NCBI GenBank assembly: GCA_964016885.1 | Contig: OZ024750.1 | Span: 6,014,001-6,078,000, forward strand | Origin: Eledone cirrhosa | Lineage: Eukaryota | Direction: 5' to 3' | Length of the DNA stretch: 64,000 bases | Position numbers and translations under genes: made by a program | Shown here: piece after piece, positions 1-14,230 of the stretch | Layout: every line of letters starts with the position of its first letter | How positions within the stretch are numbered: the stretch's first letter is position 1 | Notes under the pieces: model-generated | The model's database searches: none | Told to the model about the DNA's origin: nothing | Seen by the model: only the letters and a program-made list of their open reading frames with translations

Positions 1-75
1 AAAAACAGAAGAAAGAGAAAATGACGAGCAATAAAACGCAAGTGAAGATATATAAACAACCACATCTCTCTGTGT

Positions 76-276
<201 letters not shown>

Positions 277-925
277 CATCTGTACACATATATACTTGTA
301 TGTGTGTATATACATGCGTATATATGCATACATATACTATTTATGTATGCGTGTGATGTATAAAACAGCTGGATTAGTAATAAAAATAAATTGTTTGAAG
401 CAAATTAGCAGTCATATTCCCAATATACGTTGGTACATTTGCTAGACTCAAGAGAAAATAAACAATACATATCTGCTACTATTAAGAATTTCATTAAAAA
501 TTATTATCGTTTACTCCCTATATTTCTAATATATTTGTTTATTTTAAACGTCTACATAAACATAATACTGAATACATAAGTAACCACGCGACCAACTCCA
601 AACGATACAATAAAAACTGCAAGATGAAAAATGATCTCGAAAAAGACGGAGAAAACATCTACGAGGTATACCGAGGTAAATCTTTGCAAATATTATTTCA
701 CGTTTAACTTATACTTTTTTCTCTTTTATGCCAAAGACAAAGTTTGTTTTCTTTTACTGTGTATATATATAAAGAGAGAGAGGGAGAGAGAACCAGGGAG
801 ATTTATACATATACGTACACATATATATATATATTTACATATACATACATATATTTACATACATATATATATAATATATATATATATAATATATATATAT
901 ATAATATATATATATAATATAATAT

Positions 926-1113
926 AAGAAAGGAGTCAGGACCCCGATGGCTGAGCTCCGGCCGTTTCGACAGCTATTTCTGAACTAGCTGTCGAAACGG
1001 CCAGAGCTCAGCCGTCGGGGTCCTGACTCTTTTCCTATTACCCACTCTACTACCCTAAGTATCGAGTACTCTGGTGCGTTATGGTCCACCTGGTTCCTTA
1101 CCTCACTTCCTTC

Positions 1114-1118
<5 letters not shown>
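926..1118 (+). mobile_element. Family A non-autonomous Penelope-like fold-back insertion in (TA)n
   Basis: Inverted arms ~926-976 and ~986-1037, tail to 1118. Contains a hammerhead 3' half GAAA-CGGC-CAGAGCTCA-GCCG-TC (994-1016). Homologous copies at 2058, 16454 and 42775. Confidence 0.8.
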
Positions 1119-1206
<88 letters not shown>

Positions 1207-1237
1207 AAGAATCAAAGAACAGCTCAAAACATTATTG

Positions 1238-1284
1238 TGCTTACAGCTGTTTCCTCCAAACCGAGGTTTGGATTCTTCGGAGCA
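1238..1284 (-). ncRNA. Type I hammerhead ribozyme (U4C core variant)
   Basis: Minus strand: TGCT-CCGAAGA-A TCCAAAC CTCG GTTTGGA G-GAAA-CAGCTG-TA/AGCA. Helix III ACAGCTGT is a palindrome. Lies between (TA)n tracts. Confidence 0.8.
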
Positions 1285-1403
1285 ATTTATTAATGCATGG
1301 ACAGTTATATGACCTCCTTTTCAGCCGAGAGACATACCAACACATATTCAAACATACTATATATATATATATATTTATATATATGTATATATATTTATAT
1401 GTA

Positions 1404-1494
<91 letters not shown>

Positions 1495-2010
1495 ATGAGC
1501 ATGTGTTTGAGTATGTGTGTGAGTGTGTGTGTGTGAGTGTGTATGTGAGTGTGTGTATATATATTTGCACCCAGGTATTAACAAACCAACCAACCAAACA
1601 ACCAACAAAAAACGTACTCGACGCTATAGAGGAGCATACTTCATATCCACAAAACTAATAAGAAAAGAACATTCCTGTTGACCTGAAGGTTAGACCTATT
1701 CTAGGTTATATTTATGGTACTCATTGTAAATATCTCATTTGTTTTTTCCCATCTCGTCCAGTATTGGAGATATTGCAAAAATCCTATATATTCTCATTTC
1801 ATTGCGTTCCTATCTTTCTGTATTCTAACTCAATTCAATGCAATTCTACTTTTCGATACATTATAATATAGCTCTAATAAATGATATATATAATCTATAG
1901 AACACTCCAATAAATGTTTTCCACCGAATTACATTGTTGTATGTGAGTAGTTCTTGTTTTATATATGCATACATATATACATAAATATTCGTAAATAACA
2001 TTATACACAA

Positions 2011-2057
<47 letters not shown>

Positions 2058-2061
<4 letters not shown>

Positions 2062-2222
2062 ACAGAGAAAGTGTGGTAGGAAAGTAGGTGGACCATAAAG
2101 CACCAGAGTACTCGATACCTAGGGTAGTACAGTGGGTAATAGGAAAAGAGTCAGGACCTCAATGGCTGATCTCCGGCCGTTTCGACAGCTATATCCGATC
2201 AGGGGTCCCGACTCTTTTCCTA
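2058..2222 (-). mobile_element. Family A copy
   Basis: Reverse-complement homologue of 986-1118, with a short inverted end GGGGTCCCGACTCTTTTCCTA; (TA)n on both sides. Confidence 0.8.
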
Positions 2223-3100
2223 TATATAATATATATATATATATAAAATGTTAGATGTGTAACTACTATATGTATGCATATATGTATATGATAGGTTACC
2301 TTAATGAAGATTACTATAATAATAGTTGATATCTAAAATTAAACAGTTTAATAAATTGTGTAAATTACTGGTAACGGGAAAATATCTATGTCCACTTTTT
2401 CCCGTCTTATTTTTTCATCTTATTTTTTTAATTATAGTTATCTGCAGTGCGGTGAAATAAAATATATATGTCTGTGTGTGTATGTGCGGTGTTTGTGTTT
2501 AAAATTTATACAGATGTAATTACACAAATTCACATGCAGAAAAAATATATACACACGTAATAATAGAAAAAAATGTATATATATTCTGTTTGATATTAGC
2601 TCCGTTTACAAATTCATATTACTCGGCTGCTTGTCTGTGTCATTTCAAACAAGCACTCTTTTGAAGTCAACCTATTTTTTTATTACGTATCTAAATGTTC
2701 AGAACTGAACTCATTATTGTAGAGATGTGGTGGGCAACAACGTAAAGAGAGCACTAATATCATATAGGATTGTTTTACTTGTATGGACGCGGTAGGTTGT
2801 GTGGCGAGGAGGAGAATAAACAGTAGACATAACATGAGTAGAGAAAAGGGTGCGTATATATACAAATATATTAGAGAAAGTGAGAGAAAAAGAAGAAGTA
2901 TGAAGGAACGTAGAGACATTCGCTCAGTGAGAGACATTTATGGAAAGTCAAATACACATTTAGTTAAAGAGCAACCGAGTACAAGTAAAATATATATAAT
3001 CCATTAATATGACATGGGTAAATCTGAAATGTCGAAAAGTATATTTCTGGCCTTGACCAAGATGTTAAGATAAAAAATAGGTTATTATTATCCTTCAAAG

Positions 3101-3282
3101 GGTGGTAGATTGGCAGTATCGGTTGAGGGTCGGACGCCATGCTTAGCAGCAGAGAGTTGTGGCCCTTCATGTTCTGAGTTCAAATCCCGCCGAGGTTAAT
3201 TTTGCCTTTCATCCTTACGGGGTTGATAAAATAAAGTACCAGTAATGTACTGGGTAATTGTTGGCCTTGTGCCAAAAAGTAG
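3101..3282 (+). mobile_element. tRNA-derived SINE family 1 (Meta-like central domain)
   Basis: A-box-like TGGCAGTATCGGT, B box GAGTTCAAATCC, core GCCTTTCATCCTTACGGGGTYGATAAAATAAAGTACCAG; about 20 copies in the window. Confidence 0.88.
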
Positions 3283-4444
3283 CTTTTGACTATACGTCAA
3301 AGAAATTGGCGGTGAATTGTCAGAATCGTTAGAACGTCAGATAGAATGATTTCCGGCATTCGTTCCAACTCTCAGATTTTAAATACCTCCGAGGTCAACT
3401 TTGCCTTTCATCCATTTAAGGTCGATAAAAAGGTACCAGTCTAGTCTTCCTCACTTCTGTTCTTTCATTCTCTCTATCCTATTCTGGAAGAAATCTGTTG
3501 TATTCAGATCTGGAGAGGAGATGGCCACCATTAATGTACTGGGTAATTGCTGGCCTTTTGCCAAAAGTAGAACAATTGTTAATGAATCTATCTAAAACTA
3601 CGTGGGTAAACGGTAGTACCCTATTTAAAACGAATCTGTGTGTAATTTGTCGTAGATTTATGTCTTATTTCTACAAGTTGAGTGACTATGCAGAGACGTC
3701 CTCGTTGGTTCGTAAATTTACTAACATTAAACTGATTTTAATTCAGCTATAACCCTGGCTATCACCCAGAAATTAAAGACATCTACATTGGAATCGTTTA
3801 TCATGGATTATAAACAATTAAAAAAGCCCAATAAGTGTGGAAATATTTAAGGAAATTAAATAAGACCAACTTCAATGTAATTCACCGTGAAAATAATTTA
3901 TCATCCACTAAAATTAATTACAATTTCATTTAAATGAATTAAATCTCTCACCTCCTTCTATCTAAATGATAGAATATATCTACTCCTTTATATATACTAC
4001 TACGTATTGTTAAATGTCAGATTGATCATTTAATAAGATTTAATAAGAAGTTGAGGATGAGAATAAGATAATAGAATCGTCTCTAACCATCTCTCTCTCT
4101 CTTTCCATACATAGATACATACACACGTACATACATAGATACATAGATACGTACATACATAGATACATACATACGAACATACATACATACATACATACAT
4201 ACATACATACATACATACATACATACATACATACATACATACATACATGATGGCTGCCCCCTCTTTATCGAGTATGGCCATTGCACGATATAACATTATT
4301 AATAACTATTAATTAATTCTATTGTGCAATGCCAGTGCGTGAACATTTTTTTAAAAGTGAGGAAAGACTGTGCACTGAGCCAATCCCACTCTCTAAGCGA
4401 CAATAGCTATAACCCGAAAAGAAGAAAAGATAAACATCATCGGT

Positions 4445-4598
4445 AACTACTGAGCAGAGGGTTTTATGTCGGAGTTATCCCAATTTCCTTTGTCAGGGCC
4501 TTCTCCTAGAAGAATGCCTGACAAAGGCTAGAGGTCCTTCACTCCCAGTGGTTTAACCGCGCGATCGGGTGTCCAGCCCGACTATTTCTATGGCCCTG
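4445..4598 (-). mobile_element. Fragment resembling RTE-associated 5' UTR/SINE sequence
   Basis: Minus strand has AGCCTTTGTCAGGCA...TCTAGGAGAAGG, similar to a motif I recall from RTE-linked elements; 11-bp hairpin at 4487-4527. Confidence 0.35.
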
Positions 4599-5289
4599 TG
4601 CATATACATACACATGCACACATGCACACATGCATCTACATAGATATATACATACATACACACACACACACACATACTTACACGAATATTGATTGGTTTG
4701 TAAAGTTAGATTTGCTTATTAATATTAACATCTAGAGAGATATAGATATATCATTATATTCATTTAATATGTGCTATTACCCGCTTATTCAAATAAGCGT
4801 AAGCCTATACTATATTCAGATATATATAAACATGGGTGCATATTAAACTATGGCGTCTATACAGATTGTCTGGTACAGATGTCATAGATAACTATATGCC
4901 ATGTACTTTGACACATTGAATTGATATGTTGACCATAAATCTCCTAATACAGATACTTTTAGATCTCATCAGGAAATATGCTGTGCTCATTTTATTAATT
5001 TAATGTCCACAAGATTTAATGCTACACCAGAATCCTCCCTTAGTATCTAACCAATCAAATTTTCCAGAAAATCCATAACAATTACAAATCATATGATCAT
5101 ATCTTTTGAAGTGATCAATGCATTTTTGAATTCTGAGGGAGCCCAGACGGACATTATGGTTGAGAAAGCAATTATGTTTGTCGATTCGCTTAGGAGTGAC
5201 AAATCTGTTTTAGAGGAAGTGACACCGCAGGGAAATAGTTATTGTTAGTAGAGTGCATAATATTAATAATAATAACAACGATAATAATG

Positions 5290-5290
5290 A

Positions 5291-5341
<51 letters not shown>

Positions 5342-5651
5342 TGGTAGTAGTAGTGGTGGCAATAGTAGTATTAGTCGTGGTGGTAATAGTAGTAGTGGTG
5401 GTGGTAGTAATAGTTGTAGTGGTGGTAGTAATAGTAGTAGTAGTTGTAGTTGTGGTAGTAGCAGAAGCAGCAGCAGTAGTAGTAGTAGTAATAGTAGTAG
5501 TAGTAGTAGCAGTAGTAGTAGTAGTAGTAGTAGTGGCAATAGTAGTATTAGTCGTGGTGGTAATAGTAGTAGTGGTGGTGGTAGTAATAGTTGTGGTAGT
5601 TGTAGTTGTGGTAGTAGCAGCAGCAGCAGTAGTAGTAGTAGTAGCAGCAAC

Positions 5652-5706
<55 letters not shown>
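5290..5706. repeat. (AGT/GGT/AGC)n trinucleotide microsatellite
   Basis: Direct repeat; explains the poly-S/V/L ORFs. Confidence 0.97.
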
Positions 5707-6840
5707 CTCCCTATTTCTTATACACACGCTTAAAGCGATTGTGCAGTAATAATATAGAATTCGGGTTGAGATGCAATTGAACCAAAAATATAATAAATAA
5801 AAAGACTTGCTATCTCTTCTGAGATATCTGTTATCATTGCTGTGGAATTCACGCAAAAGAAGTGAAATAGCAATGAATTTGAGTTCACTTAATTCCATAT
5901 ATTTTGCACAGTCCTGTCAATGGACACTATAGTTTTTGTGTGTATGCGTGTCCTTAATCATAGAATTCCAGATGGTGCCGTGCTCAGACTTTTATTGCAG
6001 GTCAGTTCCTTTCACCATATCTAATAAATTGAAGTAATGATTTTATTTTACGCTTATTTCGACGTCCAATTCGGTTTGTCATTTTTATTGATTCAATCAT
6101 CTTCCTCAGACATTCGATCATGATTTATTAACCTTATATACATTGAAAATATAATCGATTAAAAATGTATCATTTTAGTAATATACTTTTTTTTTTCGTA
6201 TTATAATGATAAATAATTTACTATTCATAAATATTTATTTTCACGTATGCGTCACGTATTTTTCCATTAGTTACGTTCTATATAAACTATACAATTATTC
6301 AAACATCAAGTATTGAGAAGAATTGAAGTATGAAATTGGCAGATAAAAAAGTAAATCTTCATATATTTTATTCTCTCTTTCAGATATATTTGTTAAGTTG
6401 GATTTTTTTCCTTGATCGATTAGTCATAATATGGAGTAACGCTAAACTGATGATATTTTGATAAGCATTTGATAATATTTGAAAGCAAATATATTTATTT
6501 TGCAGTTAGTTCAGATATTTTAAAGATTCGTTTGCAACGATATTTACCCACTGTGTTTTATCTAATCAAAAAGAAATTGTTCTTTGTCATCGTACCAATC
6601 TTCAAGATATAGATATATATATAAAATAAAAGAAGACCGTTGTGCAAAAGTTAGTAATGTGAGTGTGTGAATCTAAGCAATAAATAGTTACACATTTTTG
6701 AAAGATATTTATACTTTCTTTAACATTATAACAATATATTGTTAAATCAATATCTATATACCACTTGGTCACTGTTTTCAGTAAACTTGAGTGTTAGAAT
6801 CTGTGTCTGAAATCGAAGTTACCTACTACGTATTATAATG

Positions 6841-7028
6841 GGGATTGGCAGTATCGGTAGAGGGTCGGACGCCATGCTTTGACGCATAGAGTTACGGCCC
6901 TTGCCATTCTGAGTTCAAATCCCGCCGAGGTTAACTTTGTCTTTCATCCTTACGGGGTCGATAAAATAAAGTACCAGTAATGCACTAGGTAATTGCTGGC
7001 CTTGTGCCAAAAGTTGAAACAATAATAA
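6841..7028 (+). mobile_element. SINE family 1 copy
   Basis: Same A/B boxes and core as 3101-3282. Confidence 0.9.
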
Positions 7029-7505
7029 TTACGTAGTATTTATTGAATTCGATTTCGGTCCGTTCCGATATAACAAAACCTGGTCATGAAAGTAACATGC
7101 AGGTGGTTCAGTATTCAATTGACACGTGTATCCATTACGTAATTCTCTGGAAAATTCAGCGAGGTCAGTATGAAAAAGCTAGCTTCTTTGAATTACAAAC
7201 TCGACTCAATTTCGCCAACTGAGTGAAATAAAACAATGTGAAATAAAGTGTCTTGCTCAAGGACACAGCGCTCCGCCAAAAATTGAACTCAGAGTCTTAG
7301 GATCAGGATCAGTAATTTATTTCCTTTACCGGTTTCACAGTTCTTATACTTTTCAAAAGTAGAATTGAGATGGAGGGTTTGTGGTTCTTCTCGCATCTGA
7401 TGGGTGTAAGAATGTTACTTCTGTTTTATGTGGAAAAAAGTGGCTCGAAATGCTAGGTTTTTTAGAAAAGTAATTTAGTTGATTGATGACTGTAACGTAA
7501 ATAAG

Positions 7506-7820
<315 letters not shown>

Positions 7821-7832
7821 CTAAATATATAT

Positions 7833-7902
<70 letters not shown>

Positions 7903-8481
7903 ATGGGTGTGGTTGCTTACATACATACCATACATATATACACTTGTGTATTTCCTTGTTTGACACAGGTAGTTAACACCAGTGAACCGCAATACAATAT
8001 ATTCCACGCGAAGAGAGAATTATAGTTAGTGTCTTGCTGAGATTTGTCCAGCTCTGAACAGAACAATAATTTGAACAGACTTTTAACCAAGCTATATATA
8101 ATAAAACAAAACAGAATAAAAAATATTCGACAGGAAATTCATTCGGATGTAGGGACCTGGCAGCCATCTCTAAATTCATGAGCAGAAAATATCATCTTCA
8201 AAAATACCCTAAAGACTATTACATGGATATAATGAAGTTTTGAATAATGAGAACGTGAGATCGTTATAGGATAAATGATTAAATATTCGTGTTATGTAAT
8301 TTAGACACGAAAGAAAAGCTGAAGTGTTCATTATTATGAACGATTTGGGGATTTGACGAAGCTCAGCTGGTGATGTATGGACCTTGGACGCTAACGACGC
8401 AATAATATTGCTCAAATTCAACAAGAATTCTATTCTGCTATACTAATCAGCTATACTAATCAGTTATACTAATCAGCTTAA

Positions 8482-8561
<80 letters not shown>

Positions 8562-8563
<2 letters not shown>

Positions 8564-8912
8564 GCTTACGCACGTGCACAATTATAACTCTTAATACAAA
8601 ACGTTTTTTTTTTAATTCCATTTCAGACGCGCTCCATCATCCACTTTTCTAAAAAATAAATCATACACAAAACGCCAGCACCAACAGTATTGCAAGAGAT
8701 GTCAGCATGAATGGACCTGTTATTTTTATCTAAAGACATTTTTTTCCAATTTCAACTCGGCCGTTCCCTCAATCTATCTTATTTCTCATTCTTTCTTCTG
8801 ATGAAGGACTAGCGTCAGAAACGCTATATCAACCCTCTTCGCTATATCAAGCGTTAACCTAATATATCCCTTCCATATACTGTACCGATTGTGTTGTTAT
8901 TTATGTTTAACT

Positions 8913-8918
<6 letters not shown>
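8562..8918 (+). mobile_element. Family E (~350 bp) with degenerate minimal hammerhead
   Basis: Homologous to 61918-62259. TCTT-CTGATGA-AGGAC TAGC GTCA-GAAA-CG at 8794-8823; flanked by microsatellites. Confidence 0.75.
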
Positions 8919-9008
<90 letters not shown>

Positions 9009-9039
9009 TTTACATATATATATATATATGTGTGTGTGT

Positions 9040-9175
9040 GTTTTGCAACGGGTCACTTTGTGGCTCAATGAAAAGTTAATAAATTAAATAATCAGAGCTA
9101 TATATCATAAAACATGTCTATAGAAACGGTATATATTTTATCTGGTGATTCTATAGACATGTTTTATGATATATA
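9040..9175 (-). mobile_element. Small fold-back insertion (27-bp inverted arms plus tail)
   Basis: Arms 9099-9125 and 9149-9175; tail carries the GCTC-TGA...TCA-TT-GAGC hairpin (9063-9098, minus). Confidence 0.7.
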
Positions 9176-9190
9176 TATACATATATATAT

Positions 9191-9302
<112 letters not shown>

Positions 9303-10340
9303 ATTTTAGTATTTTTGTAAACCTAATCGCGAGAAACCATCGAAGTTAATTGTAGGTGGTGTAGACCATTTTTATGCTTACACCTGCTGATGTAAATTCA
9401 GTATTTTACTTTTATTTTTATGTGTCTGCGATTGCTGGCTATAATCAGTGTTCCGTATAGAGAAAAGTTAAACTACTTTTGATACACTACATTAAAATGG
9501 AATGTTCATTAGATGTACATAAGGATTTTGATAACAGAGGAGCTGTAGAAAAAACATGAAAGAGAAACAGAACGCTGGTGAATTCAAGACGTAATATGAA
9601 GTTGTTCAATGATAAAAATATCAGCAGAAAAACCAAACACATTTTAGATCAGTGGTACTTAATTTGTTATATATTATCCAGTCTGTACTGACGTTTAACT
9701 TCCTTGTTCTATAACGACATAGTATTAGGACAGCAGTTGGCACAATGTGTTTGTATATATATATATATATGGAGCCATGATACCTGGTGAAGTCATAGGA
9801 ATGCAGTAGAGACACACAGCATTTATTTTATAAAACTAGCTCCGCTAGTTTGTTCCAGCCCAAAGATTGATAGAGAGATAACGAGAAAGAGATATCGAGG
9901 AAGAATTCAGCCCAATACTTAGACTGGTATTTTCTATCGACCTCGAAGGAATGAAAGGTCAAATGACCTCAGTAGGAGTTGAACTCAGAGTGCAAAGAAC
10001 CGAAACAATAGCGTAAAAGATTCTATCGGAGTACCTAAGGGCGTTAGAATTTCACCGCTTCTAGCGCGATATGATTTGAACTTTTGAATAGCAAGTGTCA
10101 CAGTATGTGATTAGTGCATTAAACTATCGACCTCGGAAAGATGAAAGACAAGGATGATCTCTGCTGGATTTGACCTCAGTACTGCGACGCATTTTGTCCA
10201 ACGCTGTAACGACCTTGTCTCGCCATGTCTCTGACATTTTACATATTAATAGAATGTGGAATAAACAGACGCATATAAAGAAAAGAAGCTGCATGATTAT
10301 GGAAAGGAAGTGATTTCATCGCACACGAGGGAATTTGACA

Positions 10341-10727
10341 TACGAGGGTCGGCTGAAATTTTCATAGGTTGACTATAAAGGATTGATGCTAGGGCTGTAA
10401 AATCTTGCATGTATTAATTTCAACTCTTCTCACCAATAAATGCAGTATTTCTTTCCAGAGACTATGTAGAAAAATAAACCTTATTTGGTCAGCCTTTGAA
10501 TTAGTCAGCCGATCCTCGTATATTATAGTGATGCTAGGGCTGTGAAATCTTGCATGTATTAATTTCAACTCTTCTCTCCAATAAATGCAGTGTTTCTTTC
10601 CAAGGACTATGTTGAGAAATAAAACTAATTTCGTCATTCAATGAGAGTATCTTGGTCAGCCTATGAACGTCTAAGCTCAGGAACAAACATCTCGGCTCAG
10701 GAACAAACATTTCAGTTGATCCTCGTA
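10341..10727. mobile_element. Tc1/mariner-type MITE (10341-10520) plus tandem partial copy
   Basis: TIRs TACGAGGGTCGGCTGA / TCAGCCGATCCTCGTA with TA ends; related copies at 13824, 46367 and 60604. Confidence 0.8.
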
Positions 10728-11292
10728 TATATGACTTTAGAATTTTTGTTTTCAGCGAAAACTTCGTTCGACATACAGGAAGAAAAGCTTGACCATATAA
10801 ATAAATGAATATAGATATAAAATACGAATCAACAAAACAGAAGTACAGGCTGGATTAGAGTTGGATTCTCTATCAGAGACTACTTTGATTCGGGGAAAAA
10901 CAAAATCAGAGATACACTGATTTATATTTATTATTAAATACATAAAAGAATTAATTATTTCTATATCCATACTTATTCTAATCCCCAATGTTTATGTTTT
11001 GCTTTCCCTAGATGAATTATCCAAGATGAAATATGGAAGCAAGTACATACAATTATTAAAGTGTCGCAATAAATATTAAGTGTTTTTGTGATAATTTTCC
11101 ACGATATGAACAAAAACCATTTCCGTTATCTTCCATCACAAACTATAACTCTAAAGACGGCATAAATATCTCCAGAAACACAAACATCTTTTTTTAATCT
11201 CACTTAACTTTTCTTCGTTCTGCAAACGTATGCATACATCTTTTTTGTGGTCTATCTGTCTATCGTGAAAAGAGTATACACACAACCATCCC

Positions 11293-11374
<82 letters not shown>

Positions 11375-11428
11375 ATGTGTGTTTATAGATATATAGATAT
11401 ATGTATCTATGTTTATATATGTATCTAT

Positions 11429-11495
<67 letters not shown>

Positions 11496-12624
11496 TATAT
11501 TTATATATATTCACACACACACACACACACACATATAAATGCATATGTAGATAGAAGTGGGTGTATGGATGAGTGTATATGTACGGTGTGTGCAGGGGAA
11601 TGTGTATGCGTGTGTGTGTTTATCTGTATTTGTATAAACAATCATTTTTATTTACATTCACAAACTAATTTATTTTAATCATATTTTACTCGTTTTTTCT
11701 TTGTATATTCTCATATATCTTTCCTTGTGTACTTTCCCCGTCTTTTAATATGGTTATTTCCTTAATTTTATATTCTTAGCAGCGTTTATACACAGCCATA
11801 ACCTTCTCAAAGTGTTTGTTATATGTAGATATTTTTATACCATAAAGTTCATGTACGGACAGTAAGCTGTACGCAGAATTATGCGTTCCAAGACTTGTAA
11901 ATTCACTGGCAACTAAAACTTAACAATGCATGACAATTTCTCCTTCAATATATTCTATATCTGATGCGTGCACATCTCTTCTGCACACATATACACATTT
12001 ATCTATTTAATATAACGCCATAAATAAGCACAGGGTGTCGTTATTTATTGCCTCGCTCCTATTTTATTACGCCAATAAGATTGCACGTCTGATTTCTAAA
12101 TTTTATTGCATTGCCCCGATGCACATTGCCAGGAGAAAGATCCAGATTCTTCGCCATATTTCTGAATATCTGTCTTACGACAAAATCATTTTTTTAACGA
12201 AAAATTCTTAGATGTTTTCAAATGATATATTTTTATATAGAAACAAAACGCATACATATAAAACACACACTCTCACATACACACACATAATTCAACCACA
12301 TATACACCCACAAACACACAATTACACACACACAAGCACACATGCTCTCACATACATTCAACCACACGTACACTCACAAACACACACTTCCACATACACA
12401 TACACTCACTGACAAAACCTAATATAAAACTTATTGTATTAATCTTTAAATTGTAACCCAGAAAATATGACAGGAAAAAAATGACGGTTAAAATCATATT
12501 CGGTGTAAATATATTACTTTCACGAAAATTCAAGTATTTGTATGCAGAAACAATTTATAAATGATGAGAGGGAGTATGCAATTTAGAAATTCAAATTATT
12601 ATATATTTATATGTATGTACGTAT

Positions 12625-12678
<54 letters not shown>

Positions 12679-12684
12679 ATGTAC

Positions 12685-12745
<61 letters not shown>

Positions 12746-12748
12746 CAG

Positions 12749-12861
<113 letters not shown>

Positions 12862-13309
12862 CGTACATACATATAAATATAATAATTTGAATATATATGT
12901 GTATATATATTTATACAGACACACATACATATATATATATATGTGTATGTTTATATGCATATATAAATATGTACATACATAAATATATACATTCATATAT
13001 ATATATATATATACATCTGTTGTCAAATGAAGATGCATATACAAACACCGTTCACATATGTAATACGTTATAAATATTATACACACACACATTGCATAAG
13101 ATATACAAATATATATATATATATACATATATATAAATATATATATATATACATATATATATACATAATTCATAACTTAACACATGCCTAATACTTATCA
13201 CATACGTGCGTATTACACAAACAAGAATGAATGATGATACAATTAAAGAACACAGAGTCTTTACTGATAATATATTACAGACTCTTAATATATATATTTC
13301 CATGGAGAT

Positions 13310-13473
13310 GGGTGGATTGATAGTATAGGTGGAGAGTCGGGCAACATGCTATATGACAGAGTTACGGCCATTTCCGATCTAAGTTCAAATCCTGCCCAGG
13401 TTAGCTTTGCCTTTCATTCTTACGGGGTTGATAAAAAAGAGTACCAGTAATGTACTGAGGTCGATTTATTCGA

Positions 13474-13504
<31 letters not shown>

Positions 13505-13530
13505 GTTGGCCCTGTGTCGAAATCAGAAGC
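13310..13530 (+). mobile_element. SINE family 1 copy (diverged)
   Basis: Core GCCTTTCATTCTTACGGGGTTGATAAAA. Confidence 0.8.
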
Positions 13531-13905
13531 CAATATATCTATTTCCATGCAAACTGTCTTATGTCATATTTAAATGCAACTCTGAGTTCAAATCCCGCCA
13601 ATGTCAGTTTTTTCCTTTCAGCGTTTCAAATTTTCTATAGACTAATCTATTTACTCTTTCATTTAGAGTACTACTCTATACATATTTAGAGTACTACTCT
13701 ATACATATTTTGATCAACAAGATCACAAACCATGACAACAAATATCAAAACAGGTCTTTCAATGTAAAATTGAATAGTAAAGACCCCCTTCAGCACGAAT
13801 GACCCTGGGATTTGCACCTAGAAAGGAGTGATGCTAAGGCTGTGAAATCTTGCATGTATTACTTTCAACTATTCTTATTAACAAATGCATTGATTCTTTT
13901 CAGGG

Positions 13906-14230
13906 AATATGTTGGAAAATAAACCTCATTTCATAATTCCATGAGAGTATCTTGGACAGCCCATGAATCTCTCATCCGACCTGTGTACAATAACAGAAGG
14001 TTTTGACAGTTCGATATCCAATAGTTATTAGCTATCTTATTACTGATTATCGGTTTGCGAGGTGTTAAAATGTATGAAATACTTTAGGTTGGAAAGAATT
14101 TTACTGTAATAAATATTGAATGCTGCAATTCGATTCAACACTTAAACTGAAATTACGTACAGGATGTTATTTAAATAAAATAAATAGAATTCTAGCTTTA
14201 GCATCGCATTAATTGACAGAAATGTATGTA
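13906..14230 (+). repeat. Left arm of a 325-bp inverted duplication
   Basis: Near-identical reverse complement of 15433-15757. Confidence 0.92.

Noticed and set aside
985-1227. Recurrent peptide VRNQVDHNAP.YSILRVVEWVIG (also at 16387 and 42759)
   Set aside because: It is the antisense reading of the family A tail; the frame is open only because of the adjoining (TA)n
3101-3200. tRNA-like A/B boxes
   Set aside because: These are SINE heads continuing into SINE bodies; no cloverleaf, so not tRNA genes
6442-6512. CTGATGA...GAAA-GCAAA..TTTGC hammerhead-like string
   Set aside because: Lacks the UH cleavage site and a convincing helix I; likely chance in AT-rich DNA
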